A DNA stretch of 63,274 nt, the filler included, from Lenisia limosa (Eukaryota > Protista > Breviatea): assembly GCA_001655205.1 (NCBI GenBank). It is 10 parts of 10 records of this genome, joined end to end, with 100 filler letters (N's around TTAATTAATTAA, not from the genome) between each part and the next. Parts side by side here need not be neighbours in the genome. Positions count along the whole stretch, not along the records: positions 35,173 to 37,757 come from LPNZ01001298.1; positions 37,858 to 48,270 come from LPNZ01009098.1; positions 48,371 to 54,996 come from LPNZ01010305.1; 7 more parts are not named here. One strand, 5' to 3'. The position numbers were made by a program, and so were the translations under genes. Shown one piece after another: positions 36,603-49,531 of this stretch (position 1 is the stretch's first letter; every line of letters starts with the position of its first letter). The notes below the pieces were generated by a model, which searched no databases, was not told where the DNA came from, and was given only the letters and a program-made list of their open reading frames with translations.

Positions 36603-39600
36603 ATGCCGCGAGGAGTTAAGCGGGATCCGTTGACTCTGGCTTCGATAAGGCAGGGGTTTGATTCCGTTGTTAATCTCGAATTTGAGAAGTTCTCTAGCGA
36701 TCTTGATGAACACAAAACATTTATTAATGAAGTACACGATGAAATTCAGAAAAACCTTCGCTCTAACAGGTATCACTGGGTGATCATGTTTGTGACTTTA
36801 ATCCAACAGGACAACTTTTGGTCTTCCAAAGACACCAAGTTCCAAGCCTGTCCGTGTCCATAGGCCAACCAACACCCCAAGATCTTTAATTAAAAACAAA
36901 TATAAATCTGTTTGGGGGGGAGTAATTCTGTGGTCATACTTTAGTGAAAATTGTGATTGTAACGGCCAATGTATCTCTGACGTTATGTCCATTAACCGCT
37001 CTCCAGCTGACCAATTTTGACTCTGTTCTCTCCCCGTCTACGCCTGTCAACACCGCTCCCACACCTACGGTGAGCTGGACGCACTCCACCTTTGTCATGT
37101 CCACATCCAATCCGGGTTCTAACATTTTCTAGGATGACGACCCGACTGCTTTTATGGACTCTCGACCCGTCCCTTCCGGTCTGAAGCCTGTCTCTGAGGA
37201 GGATGGTAGGAATTTATTCTATTTGGCATAATTCCTTTTCTGCTTTTGTTCTCCACTGCTTTCCCCTTTGTAAGCAGTATGACCACCCTACGTGGTTGTT
37301 TCGAAGTAGGAGATAACTGTAATTCATACCACTCATGTGATAGTTAATTAACAAATCAATAAGTTCTAACTCACTCGAGACACCCCCATGCATCATTTCG
37401 ACTCCTATGTCGGTCATGTCATCATACCATCGCATATCATGGGCACAATATGTTTTATTAAGAATGTAATGTTTACATGTAAAACTAGCTAGTAATATGA
37501 TATCAGCTATGGTATAGTATATGATATGTATTATATGAGTGTACACTGGGAAGGCACGCAGAAAGCTGTGTGCACAGAGTTTTAAGGTAAATGATTGGGT
37601 GAATTAATATCAAACTACAATCCAATATATCTTATATGCATGATGTGTGGATTGCTTCGGCCAGAAACAAACATGTTTTATTTCTCATCTGTGTTCGTTA
37701 AGTGTCTTTGATTCCTATTGCTTTTCATATGGTATGTATGTATATTATATACTATATNNNNNNNNNNNNNNNNNNNNNNNNNNNNNNNNNNNNNNNNNNN
37801 NTTAATTAATTAANNNNNNNNNNNNNNNNNNNNNNNNNNNNNNNNNNNNNNNNNNNNTGGGGGGTGAGATTATATGGCTGACCGAACAGTCAGGAGAAGT
37901 AAAGATGCGACATGCTACACAAGCGGCCTTCACCAAGGGTGTAGTCGTCATACCCAAGTCTGTGCCAGAAGCTGCACAAGATGTTTGCGTGCTGCTAATT
38001 TCACTTTTTTTTGCTCTACAAAGGCTCACTTTTGTAGTTTCTGAGCCAGTGCTTTGTCCGGGCCTCAGACCGACCTTCCCTTGAAAGTGAGTATTGGTCA
38101 TTATCTTGCCCCCTGATCCTTCAGAACTCGCGGTCATTATCTTGCCCCCTGACCATTCAGAACTCGCAGTCATTATCTTGCCCCCTGACCCTTCAGAACT
38201 CGCGGTCCATCCCTTTGTCACCGGTGCGGTACCTGTACCTAGCCTCATATCGCTGCTCTGGGTGGGTACAAACACAACTCTACCAAATAGACAGAATCAA
38301 GATAATCCATGACACATATGGGATGTTTGACCTCACCCCCCAGACCCTCCCACCAGGCGCCAGCATAACCCATTCTCCACTGAAGGCTCTCAGGCCACTT
38401 TTGGAGGTAAGTATATCGTGGAGTCTAAAAGCTTCACCCACATCACGCAATATTGACACACCAGGCTTTGGGATTCCCGTGGCCCTCGGTTGTTGAGGCG
38501 ATTTCCCGCAACTCCCTGTCGCCGACAACGGCAGCCTATTACATTCTTTTGGTCGCGCTGCAGGTTCGCTCTAAACTTGTTGTTTCGAAGCCTATTTCTC
38601 TACTGAGTGTATTGACCCACACAGACGACGGACAAACTCCCGCAACTTCCCGCTCAGACTGCGAAAGACATTTTGCCGCCAATAGCGCGAGAGAACTCAG
38701 CCCAGGCTCTGCTGACAGACACTCGAGTGGGTTCCTCTGTTTCCTTCTCACCACACAGCCATTGGAAGTTGGCGAGTCCGCACAGACCACCGACAAGGTC
38801 ACATCTTGGCTGCTTGAACTTCCCTCACCCAAGGCCGAAAAGTGAGTTATGTGGATTCGAGAACTGTTTCTGGTTATTCGTACGTGAACTGGGTGAAGCT
38901 CCCCCGGTTGATTCTTCATGAATATCATTTCCCCCTACTCAATTGCCAGTCTGGAGCCTCCGACCCCCTTCAAAGACTTTGAAAAAGACTCGCCCACGGA
39001 CTTCGGATTCCTCCCTCAGCCCCAGGAACTAGCGGAAATAGTCCCATCTTTCTTCGAGCACACAGTCCCGGAAAAGTTTGTTCCTGTCTTGATTAGGTGT
39101 CCTAATAACCACTTAGACCTGAACCGCTACTTGTTAGCCGGTCGGCTGAGATTACGTCAAATTTTTTGGCAGCTCCAGTGGTGTATGTGGGGCTTGGCAG
39201 ATATCGCAGTTAAATAATGTTCTTATAGTGTAGGGAGTCATCGTCAACGCTGCCGACTTTTTCATTCCGCCGTTCCGCTGCAAGTTCAAAAATGTCCTAT
39301 TCAAACAGGTGAGGCTATTGCAGTTTGTATTATTCGACATTAATCTTTTCATATTTGGATTTATACTTCTCATGAACGTACATATCATATTAGTACACCA
39401 TATGATAGATATCATATAGTGTGATACTAAATGACCATGTAGAACGGCACCCATATCCACAAGCTTCAAACTACCAACTGAACCCTCCCCCATTACCTCC
39501 CCCAAGTGAGTGGCGTTCACCAACTATTCTTGGATATACTTTTTGTTGCTATCTGAGCGATGTAACCTTGCAGACCAAATTCCAAGATCTCACCATCTCC

Positions 39601-40626
39601 TCGAAGAAAGTTCCATACTATCGTTTGTTTGGACCAAATCAAACTCCTGTAATATCTGTTTTTGTTTTTTTGGTGGCCTTAAAACCCTTGTGACGTTGGG
39701 ATTATTTGTTTGGNNNNNNNNNNNNNNNNNNNNNNNNNNNNNNNNNNNNNNNNNNNNNNNNNNNNNNNNNNNNNNNNNNNNNNNNNNNNNNNNNNNNNNN
39801 NNNNNNNNNNNNNNNNNNNNNNNNNNNNNGAAGGGCTCAAAATATAGGACATTATAGTATCATATGAACCGACAGTTGTTGCTCATTGTTTAGTTCACTC
39901 TCGCGACAACTATCCAAAGAGTTTCATCCGCCAACTACTACAATGGTGGGAAGGATGCCAAATGTTGTGGCTTTTGACAAACGTATTTGTTGATCCCAGA
40001 ATAACTCTTTTCCCCCCTACAGCCCCAGCCCCCTGCCAGCAACGTCACACCTGAGGAGGTTATGGAGGCACTGGAAGGCCTACCAGGTGTGTGGTACTCA
40101 GAAAACCCCATTGCCATACATGGTGATATGATTGGTTGACAACGTAGGAGCCAGCCGACGACGCTCTCTCTCAGTTCCTATCAACACCGATAAAACCAGC
40201 AAACCTCCGTCTTTGTTCCCTGTGGGAAGGGGGACTGTATTACATGGGGTGAAGTTGCATGCCGATTTCATGGATGTAACCTTTCAGACCTCGCAATGCC
40301 CAACACGCAGTCCCTCCAACTCCAGTGTTCCATCTTTTTCAATGTAAGCTTGTACGGCTGTGCAGTACGACACCGGCACTGCAGCGGCATTCTGACACAA
40401 TAGGGTCACGTCCACTGACCGAACGCCTCGTTCGTCTACCCTTCCATCTGTGTCCAGACTGCCCCCCTCAGACGATCCTCGGTCGTGTAGGGTCACACAC
40501 ACCCCCGTCCTCCCGCCTCCTCCTCCTGTAAGTTGTCTCTCTCATGCTTCCATCCCACTCCATTGGTCTTACTGTTTAGGTTCCGAGAGCCCCGAAAAGA
40601 GGCACTCGGCACAGTGTGTACCGTAG
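36603..40626 (+). CDS. Protein with an INCENP-like N-terminal domain followed by a long Ser/Pro-rich disordered region
   Basis: FDSVVNLEFEKFSSDLDEHKTFINEVHDEIQKNLRSNR|TTFGLPKTPSSK resembles the INCENP N-terminus (WLEEIQEEA...LMPKTPSQK). Downstream exons are low-complexity. Confidence 0.5.
38096..38205 (+). repeat. 36-bp tandem repeat x3 containing the acceptor site
   Basis: gtcattatcttgccccctgacccttcag|aactcgcg units. Confidence 0.9.
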
Positions 40627-40890
40627 AAGCCTGTTTTAGGTCTTAATTTTTCTAGTTTTTTTTTTGAGGTTTGTGGGGCCTTTGTAATCCTTTGCTTGCA
40701 TTGTTGTGTATTCACCTTTTTAGAGCCCTGAGTTGTGGGCGTGTATTTAAGGCTTAGGCCGTTTTATGGTTTTGTGTACTCTAGTTTTGAATTTCGTACG
40801 AATGGCGGATTTAACTTATTATGTATTACGCTGCATCTCAAAGGAATAACAATCAAATAAATTGAAACAGAAATGAGAGAAGCTCAAAGT

Positions 40891-43800
40891 TTACTTTGGG
40901 TAGTCGATCTCTCCTTGCATGATTCGGTTCGAGTGGACAGTCACACCAACAAGGTTATCTACACGTTGTCCTGAGAGTAACAGAGAGTTAATGAGAACCA
41001 GTGCCATTGACCCCCTCACCTTTCTTGCCCTTCTTCCCCTTGCGCTTTCCACCGGAGGGACGAGGAGCCTGCGAGGTCAACATGCGATTGCAAACGAGTC
41101 CCCAAGGCCTTTATGATGCCCAACGCTTACCTCCGCGACCGGCTGCTGGGATTGCTGTGTCTTGGGGGCGTTGTTCTGTTCGGTCAGATATTATAAGACA
41201 GGTTTTACTGTGGAATTGTTTTGCCCTACAATTTCCTTCACCCCCCCCCCCCACAGCAAGAGACGGGAAGTCGGCCATGGAGGCTGCAGGAGCGGCGGCG
41301 TGTGGTTTGGGCTGGACCGTGCGTTCTCCTTTACGCGGCTCTGGGGGGGGTAAGAAGGGCTCTCGAAAACATCGTAATGGTAATTTTGATGAGTCTAACA
41401 GTATTTCTATACCTATTAAGATGTAACCAAAAAAAGCCTTGTGATATCACTCATTCAGACTTGCCCACTTTTGAGGTATTTGGCCTTTCTGTCGAGCCAC
41501 TGTTCCGCAAAAGAGGTCACCTGCAGTGTAAGCCCAATAAGGGAAGTAAGCCAGCCCGATAAGGCAAGTAAGTGGCCAGCCCACCAGTTCCGAAGAGCCG
41601 AACTCCTGACGAAGATACATGGTAGTGTCCTTCTCCGAGTCAACGGTGATGAGGAACTCCAAAATCGTGGCATCTAATTGGTAAGGTGTTGAGAAGTGAA
41701 AAGATACAAGGTATTAGTTGTCACATGATAAGATGTGGAGTTAATATGCCCGGACTGACCGGTTGAGCCGTTGATTCTGAGGAGGTGTGGCTTGGCCCAA
41801 TTCANNNNNNNNNNNNNNNNNNNNNNNNNNNNNNNNNNNNNNNNNNNNNNNNNNNNNNNNNNNNNNNNNNNNNNNNNNNNNNNNNNNNNNNNNNNNNNNN
41901 NNNNNNNNNNNNNNNNNNNNNNNNNNNNNNCATGTCTTCTCTCTGTCTGACGGGTGCTTGTCCCCACCCGGTTTGGGCCTATGAGGGTGTTAATAATAAT
42001 GCAGGCCAAGGGGAATACAAATAGTACTAACGGTATATCATATAATATGCATTTACCAGCACAAATGTGAAACGAAAGCAATATCCAGGACCCCCCCCCC
42101 CCCNNNNNNNNNNNNNNNNNNNNNNNNNNNNNNNNNNNNNNNNNNNNNNNNNNNNNNNNNNNNNNNNNNNNNNNNNNNNNNNNNNNNNNNNNNNNNNNNN
42201 NNNNNNNNNNNNNNNNNNNNNNNNNNNNNNNNNNNNNNNNNNNNNNNNNNNNNNNNNNNNNNNNNNNNNNNNNNNNNNNNNNNNNNGTCATAAAACAACA
42301 TGAATAACAATCGTTAAAGAACAACACGAATAACAATCGACAAAGAACAACATGAATAACAATTGCTAAAGAACAACACGAATAACAATCGGCAGAATAA
42401 CAATCACTAAAGAACAAACCGGCGCTCTTCAGCCTGAATGTCAGCAAGGGTCTCTCCCACAACTGCGGAGTTTGGATGTCCCCACCCGGTGCGGGCAGGT
42501 GCTCTGCCATGTAAGCCAAGCAAAGAAGAAGCAGCCAGTACAACTTCCCAAAAACCAACCTCTGTTTTTCGATTCTTTCGCGCTCCTGTTGTTCACGCAT
42601 GCGTCCTAAAGAATAAAACATCGGTTCACTGGGCATTGCATTTACCCCCCCCCCCCCCANNNNNNNNNNNNNNNNNNNNNNNNNNNNNNNNNNNNNNNNN
42701 NNNNNNNNNNNNNNNNNNNNNNNNNNNNNNNNNNNNNNNNNNNNNNNNNNNNNNNNNNNNNNNNNNNNNNNNNNNNNNNNNGATTTGCCTCATGTCTGGA
42801 GCGGGGGCCTGGGGCTGTACTGGCCTGGCCTGTGCATTGCTCATCTGGGATAGTGAGTAACATCGTAGTTGCATCAGGAATCCAACAAGCCCCTCCAACA
42901 GCTTTATTGATAGCCTGTCTCTCGGCCTCAGCCTGACGACGACGCGCAAGGGCTTCATTGTGGGCCTTTTGCTGGGCCTTCAAGGTGAGCAGAATGATAT
43001 CATCCCGTTATTTCCGTATATCACCCTTGGCTTACGGCTCGCTCCTCCTCCTCAGCCTCTTGTTGTGCTCTGACGGCTGCTGCCTCCTCCATCTGAATGG
43101 ATGAAATCCTGCACGAAATGGTCAGAACAAAACAAAGATGAAGCCTCGACAAATGCTGATGTATTAGACCCCAGCTAAGCCAACCTCCTTCTTCTTGCGT
43201 GCTTGTTCGGCCTTCTTCTCAGCTTGTCTGGCTTTCCTTTCTTGTTGCTTGGAACTCTTGGACTTGGCCACTTCAGCATTGACATCAATTTCGTTATGCG
43301 AGTCATTCTGAGCAATGAGCGTTTTCAGGAGGCAAACGGCTTGGCGCAAGTCCCACCTGTCCCCAAGTCATGGTGTGGCCAGCTGGAGGGTGGCTTGTGG
43401 AGGGNNNNNNNNNNNNNNNNNNNNNNNNNNNNNNNNNNNNNNNNNNNNNNNNNNNNNNNNNNNNNNNNNNNNNNNNNNNNNNNNNNNNNNNNNNNNNNNN
43501 NNNNNNNNNNNNNNNNNNNNNNNNNNNNNNNNNNNNNNNNNNNNNNNNNNNNNNNNNNNNNACTTGATACTTCGCAACAAACCTAAAGAGAGAAGACTGG
43601 GCAGTAGCCAGGTTGAGGAGTTCATTGTCGTGGGGCGCCTGCGTGGTCAGTTGAACAGAATATCAATATGACAAAAGGAAGGGAGCAGGTTCACACATTG
43701 ATGGGGGCGGGAACGGTGGGAGGCTGGGTTGNNNNNNNNNNNNNNNNNNNNNNNNNNNNNNNNNNNNNNNNNNNNNNNNNNNNNNNNNNNNNNNNNNNNN

Positions 43801-45443
43801 NNNNNNNNNNNNNNNNNNNNNNNNNNNNNNNNNNNNNNNNNNNNNNNNNNNNNNNNNNNNNNNNNNNNNNNNNNNNNNNNNNNNNNNNNNNNNNNNNNNN
43901 NNNNNNNNNNNNNNNNNNNNNNNNNNNNNNNNNNNNNNNNNNNNNNNNNNNNNNNNNNNNNNNNNNNNNNNNNNNNNNNNNNNNNNNNNNNNNNNNNNNN
44001 NNNNNNNNNNNNGGGCCTTGTACGGCGTCTTCGGGGTCGAGGTACTCCCAGCTCGGCTACAAGGTGAGTGCCCATTGGGGCAAAGTGTGAACCCAGCCCA
44101 TCCACTCACAGCAGGGGGGGACTCCTGCCAGGTCGAGAACATTCTGGATACAGCGGGACGGCCTCCTGGAGACATGGGCAGGGGGCGGCCGTAGATGTCC
44201 TGGGGGGGATATTACATACTCAAACAGGGGGGGGGGGTGACTAGATCACAGAGATCATGCCAACTTCTCTCATCAAAGATTGTGCGCCAGCGGACTGCTG
44301 CGGCTGCTGTTGCTGCATCATCATCTGAGAAAAGTTAGGAGGAGCATGAACTGGGTGTTAGTGAGGGCAATCATGAATTGACAGAAAGTAGAGGCAAACT
44401 TGCTGTTGCTGCTGTTGTTGTTGCTGTCTCATCATCATTTGCTGCTGCTGTGCGATTTGTTGCTGTTGTGCAATTTGCTGCTGTTTTGCCTCTTCCGCCT
44501 TCAGCTTGGCTTGTTCTTCAGCCTGCTTCTTTGCTTGCTCCTCAGCCAGTTTTCTTGCTTCTTCCTCAGCCTTCCTGGCTTCTTCTTGCTGCTGCAGAAT
44601 CAGCTTCGCCTTCTCCTCTGCCTAAAACCCCGTTACTTGGAACACTAGCCTGCTGCCATAATGTGGTGATATTTGGTTCAGGCTGTATCACACTCCCCTC
44701 ACTTGATGCTTCTGCTGGAGGATTCTCTGTTTCTCTTCGTGATCATCATGCTCTGTTCGAGTAAACTTTGGAAACTTTATATGATAGTAATATAGAATCA
44801 AGGAAACTCAGTGATACTGAAAGACAATGACAACCAACCAGTGTGAACCGGTTGCTGTTGAGAGGCGGACGGAGACTGAAGTTTGAGTTAACAGCAAGTG
44901 GCATTATTAATTCCTTGAATAGATGTAGCAACAACAACCCAAAGACGCACCTCAAGCAGTCCTGGTGATGGAGTGGAGGCTGGGCGCCGTGAAAGAAGAG
45001 ACTCGGCACGGGAGTCGAGCGCGAGAACTGGCTGTCCTGATGGCTGCAACGTCAGAATGTGAGTTACTTGTTATTCTTTTGCAGTAAAGTCTATTGAAAC
45101 TAGATCATAGAGATCCAGCGGTTGTTATGGTATACGACGCGGCCGCAGACCTCAGAGGAAGAAAGACGCCAATTGTTTGGGGCGTCACCCACGTTGTCAT
45201 CCTTGCGTCCACCCCAGGGCTTGCCACGGCCGGCAGCAGGCTGTGTGCCTTGGCCGGGACGGGGCTCAAAACGACGGGCTAAACGTTCCTGGGGGGGGAG
45301 GGGGTGAACACATCGCTGCGTTGGCACAATCGGAGTATGCAACGCTTTTCGAGGAAATTCAGAAGATTGATATCAACTAAATCGTAGTGTCATCCCCTCT
45401 GTGAATAAAAAAATAAAAAAAAAATAAAAAATAAAAAAAAATA

Positions 45444-45474
<31 letters not shown>

Positions 45475-46351
45475 ACGCAAACCTCAGAGGGGTTGGCCTT
45501 GGGCTGCCAGGTACCAGCGTGGGTGACTGCTAGAATGTTAGGTACAAACACGTTAGGAGTAAATGTGCCCTTATGAAATAGTCATTCTATGAATTGAAAC
45601 TCTAGAACTCAACGGTCTTCATATTGACTTGTGGACGCTGATAAAAAGTGTAGTATTCAGTCAGAGGCATGTATGAGTCAAAGAGTATGAATTAACAATA
45701 CAATGGTGAAAGAAAGGGGTTTTTGATATACTCAAGGAATCACACTCACCATATAACCAGGTTCTGATTCTTTTATTATTATTATTATTTCTTTTTCATT
45801 ATTCCATTCACGTCTTCAAACCAAATTGGTAATTAGTGTGTGCGCGTTAATAACGCTTCATATACCCCTACTTCCTCCCCCGCCCCACGAGCAGGCTTGT
45901 GTCCGGTGTGATTCTCAAATCGTCGGCGTGGCGGCTGAGTGTTGAATGTCAACCTTGCTTCCTGTGAGGGTAAACAAAATGGAGTTGATGAAGCAAAATG
46001 CATCACGAGAAGGCGGCATTAGGCTGTGAAACTATCAGAAGGCGTACAGGAAGATCATATTCACTCTGGGTGGCAATAGGGGGGAGGATTTCAGGCGAGT
46101 ACAAGTCCTTGATATCATCTGAAGGTGAATTCTGTTGATAGAAGGCTGTCTCCTTACTCGTATCCGCATCAATACTCTCATTTGGTAAGAAAAGCTTCAA
46201 GACTTCGTCACGGGAGTACATGCTAAAGAAAGCAGGAAATTAGAAAAGGGATGCTTGTGAAGTGGCCTTAGAAGCCACTCCCCCATCAGCTTTGGCCTTT
46301 ATATTAAACCACATACAGTTTAGCAGTGTCATAATCTTCGTACCAAGCCAT
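40891..46351 (-). CDS. GIGYF: GIGYF-family GYF-domain protein
   Basis: N-terminal YSRDEVLKLF...PEILPPIA (4EHP-binding-like motif); E/K/Q coiled coil at 44400-44620; GYF start PSWEYLDPEDAVQGP running into the gap at 44012; SSIQMEE and TLADIQAEE motifs; C-terminal NWAKPHLLRIN...DATILEFL...YLRQEFGSSEL|VTSFAEQWLDRKAK. Confidence 0.85.
42290..42410. repeat. ~26-bp intronic minisatellite
   Basis: aacaacatgaataacaatcgttaaag-like units x4. Confidence 0.8.
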
Positions 46352-46679
46352 TGTGATAGAGGACTTCTATTTTGAAAGAGGTTTAATCTATGAAGAGAAG
46401 ATATTTGTTTTTAGCTGATAGAGCAATAGCTTTTGTGATCAATTTAGAGCAAAAATAACATGCCCAGAGAAAAAAAAAAAGAGAAAAGCCCGGCGCCAGA
46501 AAATATTGGGACTATGCCCCAGTCCCTTCTTGGTCCGGCGTCTGTCAATATTTATATGTTTTCTGATTGAAATTTTCAGTCTTTTTTGACTTTCTCCGCC
46601 TATTAATCTATTAGCACTGGTATACACGTTTAGTTGTTAGAATCAATAAAGTTAGACAGTACTTTTCGTTTACTGAATC

Positions 46680-48158
46680 ATGACAAGTGCTGAAACCGTC
46701 TGCGGTTGCGCTAGGTCCATAGGACTGCCAATTCTTCTTTTTTTGTTCGTCTTCTCTGGAGCAGCCTCAACAATCTCGTCCACTTACCAAAATGAAGCGC
46801 ATATTTCACATGTTCCCAGCAGCCAGACCAGCTTCCACCATCCTATTCTTCAAACAGACGCCATGGCTTGTAAGTGGGGACTTCAGCGGCAACTCCAGGC
46901 CATTTTTTTCTCGAAGAGTCTCATTCTTTGCAGTTGGAGAGGCTCTCTGCTTCATTCCTCTCCTTCTTATGAAACTCTGTGGCTCAAGCAAGCCCAAGAA
47001 GGACGAAGACTCACTCGAAGTAAGATCATCTTTTCCATTTTCTCACCTTCGCAGGAGCAGGTCTCGGTTAACGTCTCTGATGAAAAGGTTAAGGAGAAGA
47101 GAGTCAATCCTTGGTTGCTTTTCTTCATCCCCGCCTTCTGTGATATGAGTGCTACCGCTTTGATGGTTGGATGGAAATCTTTGAATAGTGTGATTGTTGA
47201 TGTGTTCATCCGCGTTTAACTTATTAGTATGCTGGTCTGTACCTCACCCAACCTTCCACGTACCAAATGCTCAGGTTGGTTTCGGGACGGAGGAATAGAT
47301 TTCCAATTTGGTTTCATCCCCTCGTTATCTCTTCAGAGGATTCTTGACAGTCATTGTCGCTGCTGCCTCCGTCATTTTCCTGAAGCGCAAGCTCCAGAAC
47401 CACCATTATCTTGGTATCTTGTTTGTTGTTATGGGTATCACCGTTGTTGGTGCCGCCTCCGTGTACCTTGCCCCCAAGAAGAAGGATGGTGACGATGACG
47501 GTGGGGGGGGGGGGGNNNNNNNNNNNNNNNNNNNNNNNNNNNNNNNNNNNNNNNNNNNNNNNNNNNNNNNNNNNNNNNNNNNNNNNNNNNNNNNNNNNNN
47601 NGGTATCGTATTTTTTAATGTCTCAGACACGGCCGCTCGTGACCCCATGGTCGGCAACTTGCTCATCATCATTGCTCAGGTGAGGCTTATTGGATTTTTT
47701 TTTTTTGCTTTTTTGAACTAAGAAGCCTTAAATGTAGAATGCATGCTCTTTCTCTCGTTTTGATTACCCCAGACCGTGGCAGCAGCCAAGTTTGTACTGG
47801 AGGAAAAGTGGCTACAAGGAAGTTTCGACGATATCAACCCTTTCACTGTGGTATGCCTTGGATATTGAGCAGAGTACCTCGAGCCCCTTCAGCTGTTCAT
47901 CATCTTATTTCAACAGGTTGGCATCGAAGGCCTCTGGGGCATGCTCATTCTCGGTATTGTTCTTGGAGCCATGTACTACGTTCCCGATGGTGAACGTGTC
48001 GATGTCGCCTATAACCAGTTCAAGCATAGCGATGTAGGGGGCGGGGCGACGTAGAGGTCAGATTGTCCTTTAGCCTATCAGATATTAATTCCCTCTTTAG
48101 GTGTTAGTGTTTGCTTTCCTTGCCAACATCCTTGCCATTGCTACATATAACCTTACCG
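46680..48158 (+). CDS. SLC35F6: SLC35F6-like drug/metabolite (nucleotide-sugar) transporter; 3' end lost in the linker gap
   Basis: FHHPILQT, NPWLLFFIPAFCDMSATALM|YAGLYLTQPSTYQMLR|GFLTVI, GNLLIIIAQ, FVLEEK and VGIEGLWG motifs. Confidence 0.8.
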
Positions 48159-48379
48159 GTAAGAGGTTTTGACAATTATTGATTTCGAAATGATCTTGCG
48201 TGTTGTTTTACCCCTTTCACCGCGGCAATTATTAATATTGTGCTTGTGGGGGTGGGGGTAAAAATGGAGTNNNNNNNNNNNNNNNNNNNNNNNNNNNNNN
48301 NNNNNNNNNNNNNNTTAATTAATTAANNNNNNNNNNNNNNNNNNNNNNNNNNNNNNNNNNNNNNNNNNNNTAATATAGA

Positions 48380-49176
48380 CGTCCTCCCTCCAGTCGATGG
48401 CACTTGATAAGCGCATAGACATTCCGTAGTGCGCCTTCTCAGTCCTCAAATGTCAAGAGTTTAAAAGAGTAGTGGCATTCTTACAACAGACGTTGACATA
48501 AGATAGAGATCAAAATAATAAACAAAATAGAACCCTTGACTTACAGGAAAACCAGCATATTATCCCCATCTTCGGCCTGATCGACAGAGGAATGTAAAGG
48601 TAAAACTTCAGCCGTGCCTTCAGACATGAGGGGAAAGCAGATAATCGGATAATCATGAAAACATCAAATTTCATGAGTTGTAGGCAGAATATCAGCCTCC
48701 AAGCGCAACAGTGCGTTGATTCGCAGGAATCGGAGGATGACATTTAAGAGAGAAAGCACAAGTCAATATCCCAATTGCCCTACCATGATACTTGGGATTT
48801 TTAGTTTTCACCCATCGTGCTCTCCAATCCCTAAACCGTTACTACAACAAAATTTCAAAAACCGAGATATGCTATGGACAAAGAGTCGTCTTGGAAGAAG
48901 AAAAAAGTGGGGGGGGGGGGGNNNNNNNNNNNNNNNNNNNNNNNNNNNNNNNNNNNNNNNNNNNNNNNNNNNNNNNNNNNNNNNNNNNNNNNNNNNNNNN
49001 NNCACATACCCAGAAGAAAAGCTTTCAACATTCAACAAAGTATCATCCTTCTCAAAAATTGGGGTAGGAGGACTGAAGCAGAAGGTGACTCCTATGGTGT
49101 AAATAGTGATATTAATTTCTATATTCATACCTATTAGTCCTAAAACTACAATGAGAGTCCGAAATGGGGCCTTCAT
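48380..49176 (-). CDS. Small hypothetical secreted protein
   Basis: MKAPFRTLIVVLGLI|GVTFCFSPPTP signal-peptide-like start with in-phase splicing. Downstream exons are uncertain. Confidence 0.4.
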
Positions 49177-49531
49177 TCTTGTGATCTTGTCAATATGTTC
49201 AACTTTTTCTCCTTAAAAGGGAATTTGAATAATTTAACTTATTCACTTATTCTATAATGCGTTGAGCTCAAGATCAAGATGAGCTAATTGAGCCTTGTTG
49301 CGAAACTATCTCGTTTTGCAAAAGTAATCATGGGGTTGCAAGAAGCCAAAACAACAACGTAACAAAACGCCCCTGAAACACAAAAAAAAACAAAGAGAGA
49401 ACAACTAAATGAGCAACTAATGCACGCCAGTTTTTGATGTCACGTTGAAGAGAAAAAATTCAAATGTAAATCTTGTCTTCTTTGCAGTCTTGAAGCCTCT
49501 CTTTCACCTGAGACATTGAATTATTTTGATC

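Noticed and set aside
41674-44175. Long ORFs in the six-frame track that span N runs
   Set aside because: They are artefacts of translating gaps as X.
44378-44764. Plus-strand Leu/Val/Ala-rich ORFs
   Set aside because: Antisense shadow of the GIGYF coiled-coil and poly-Q exon.
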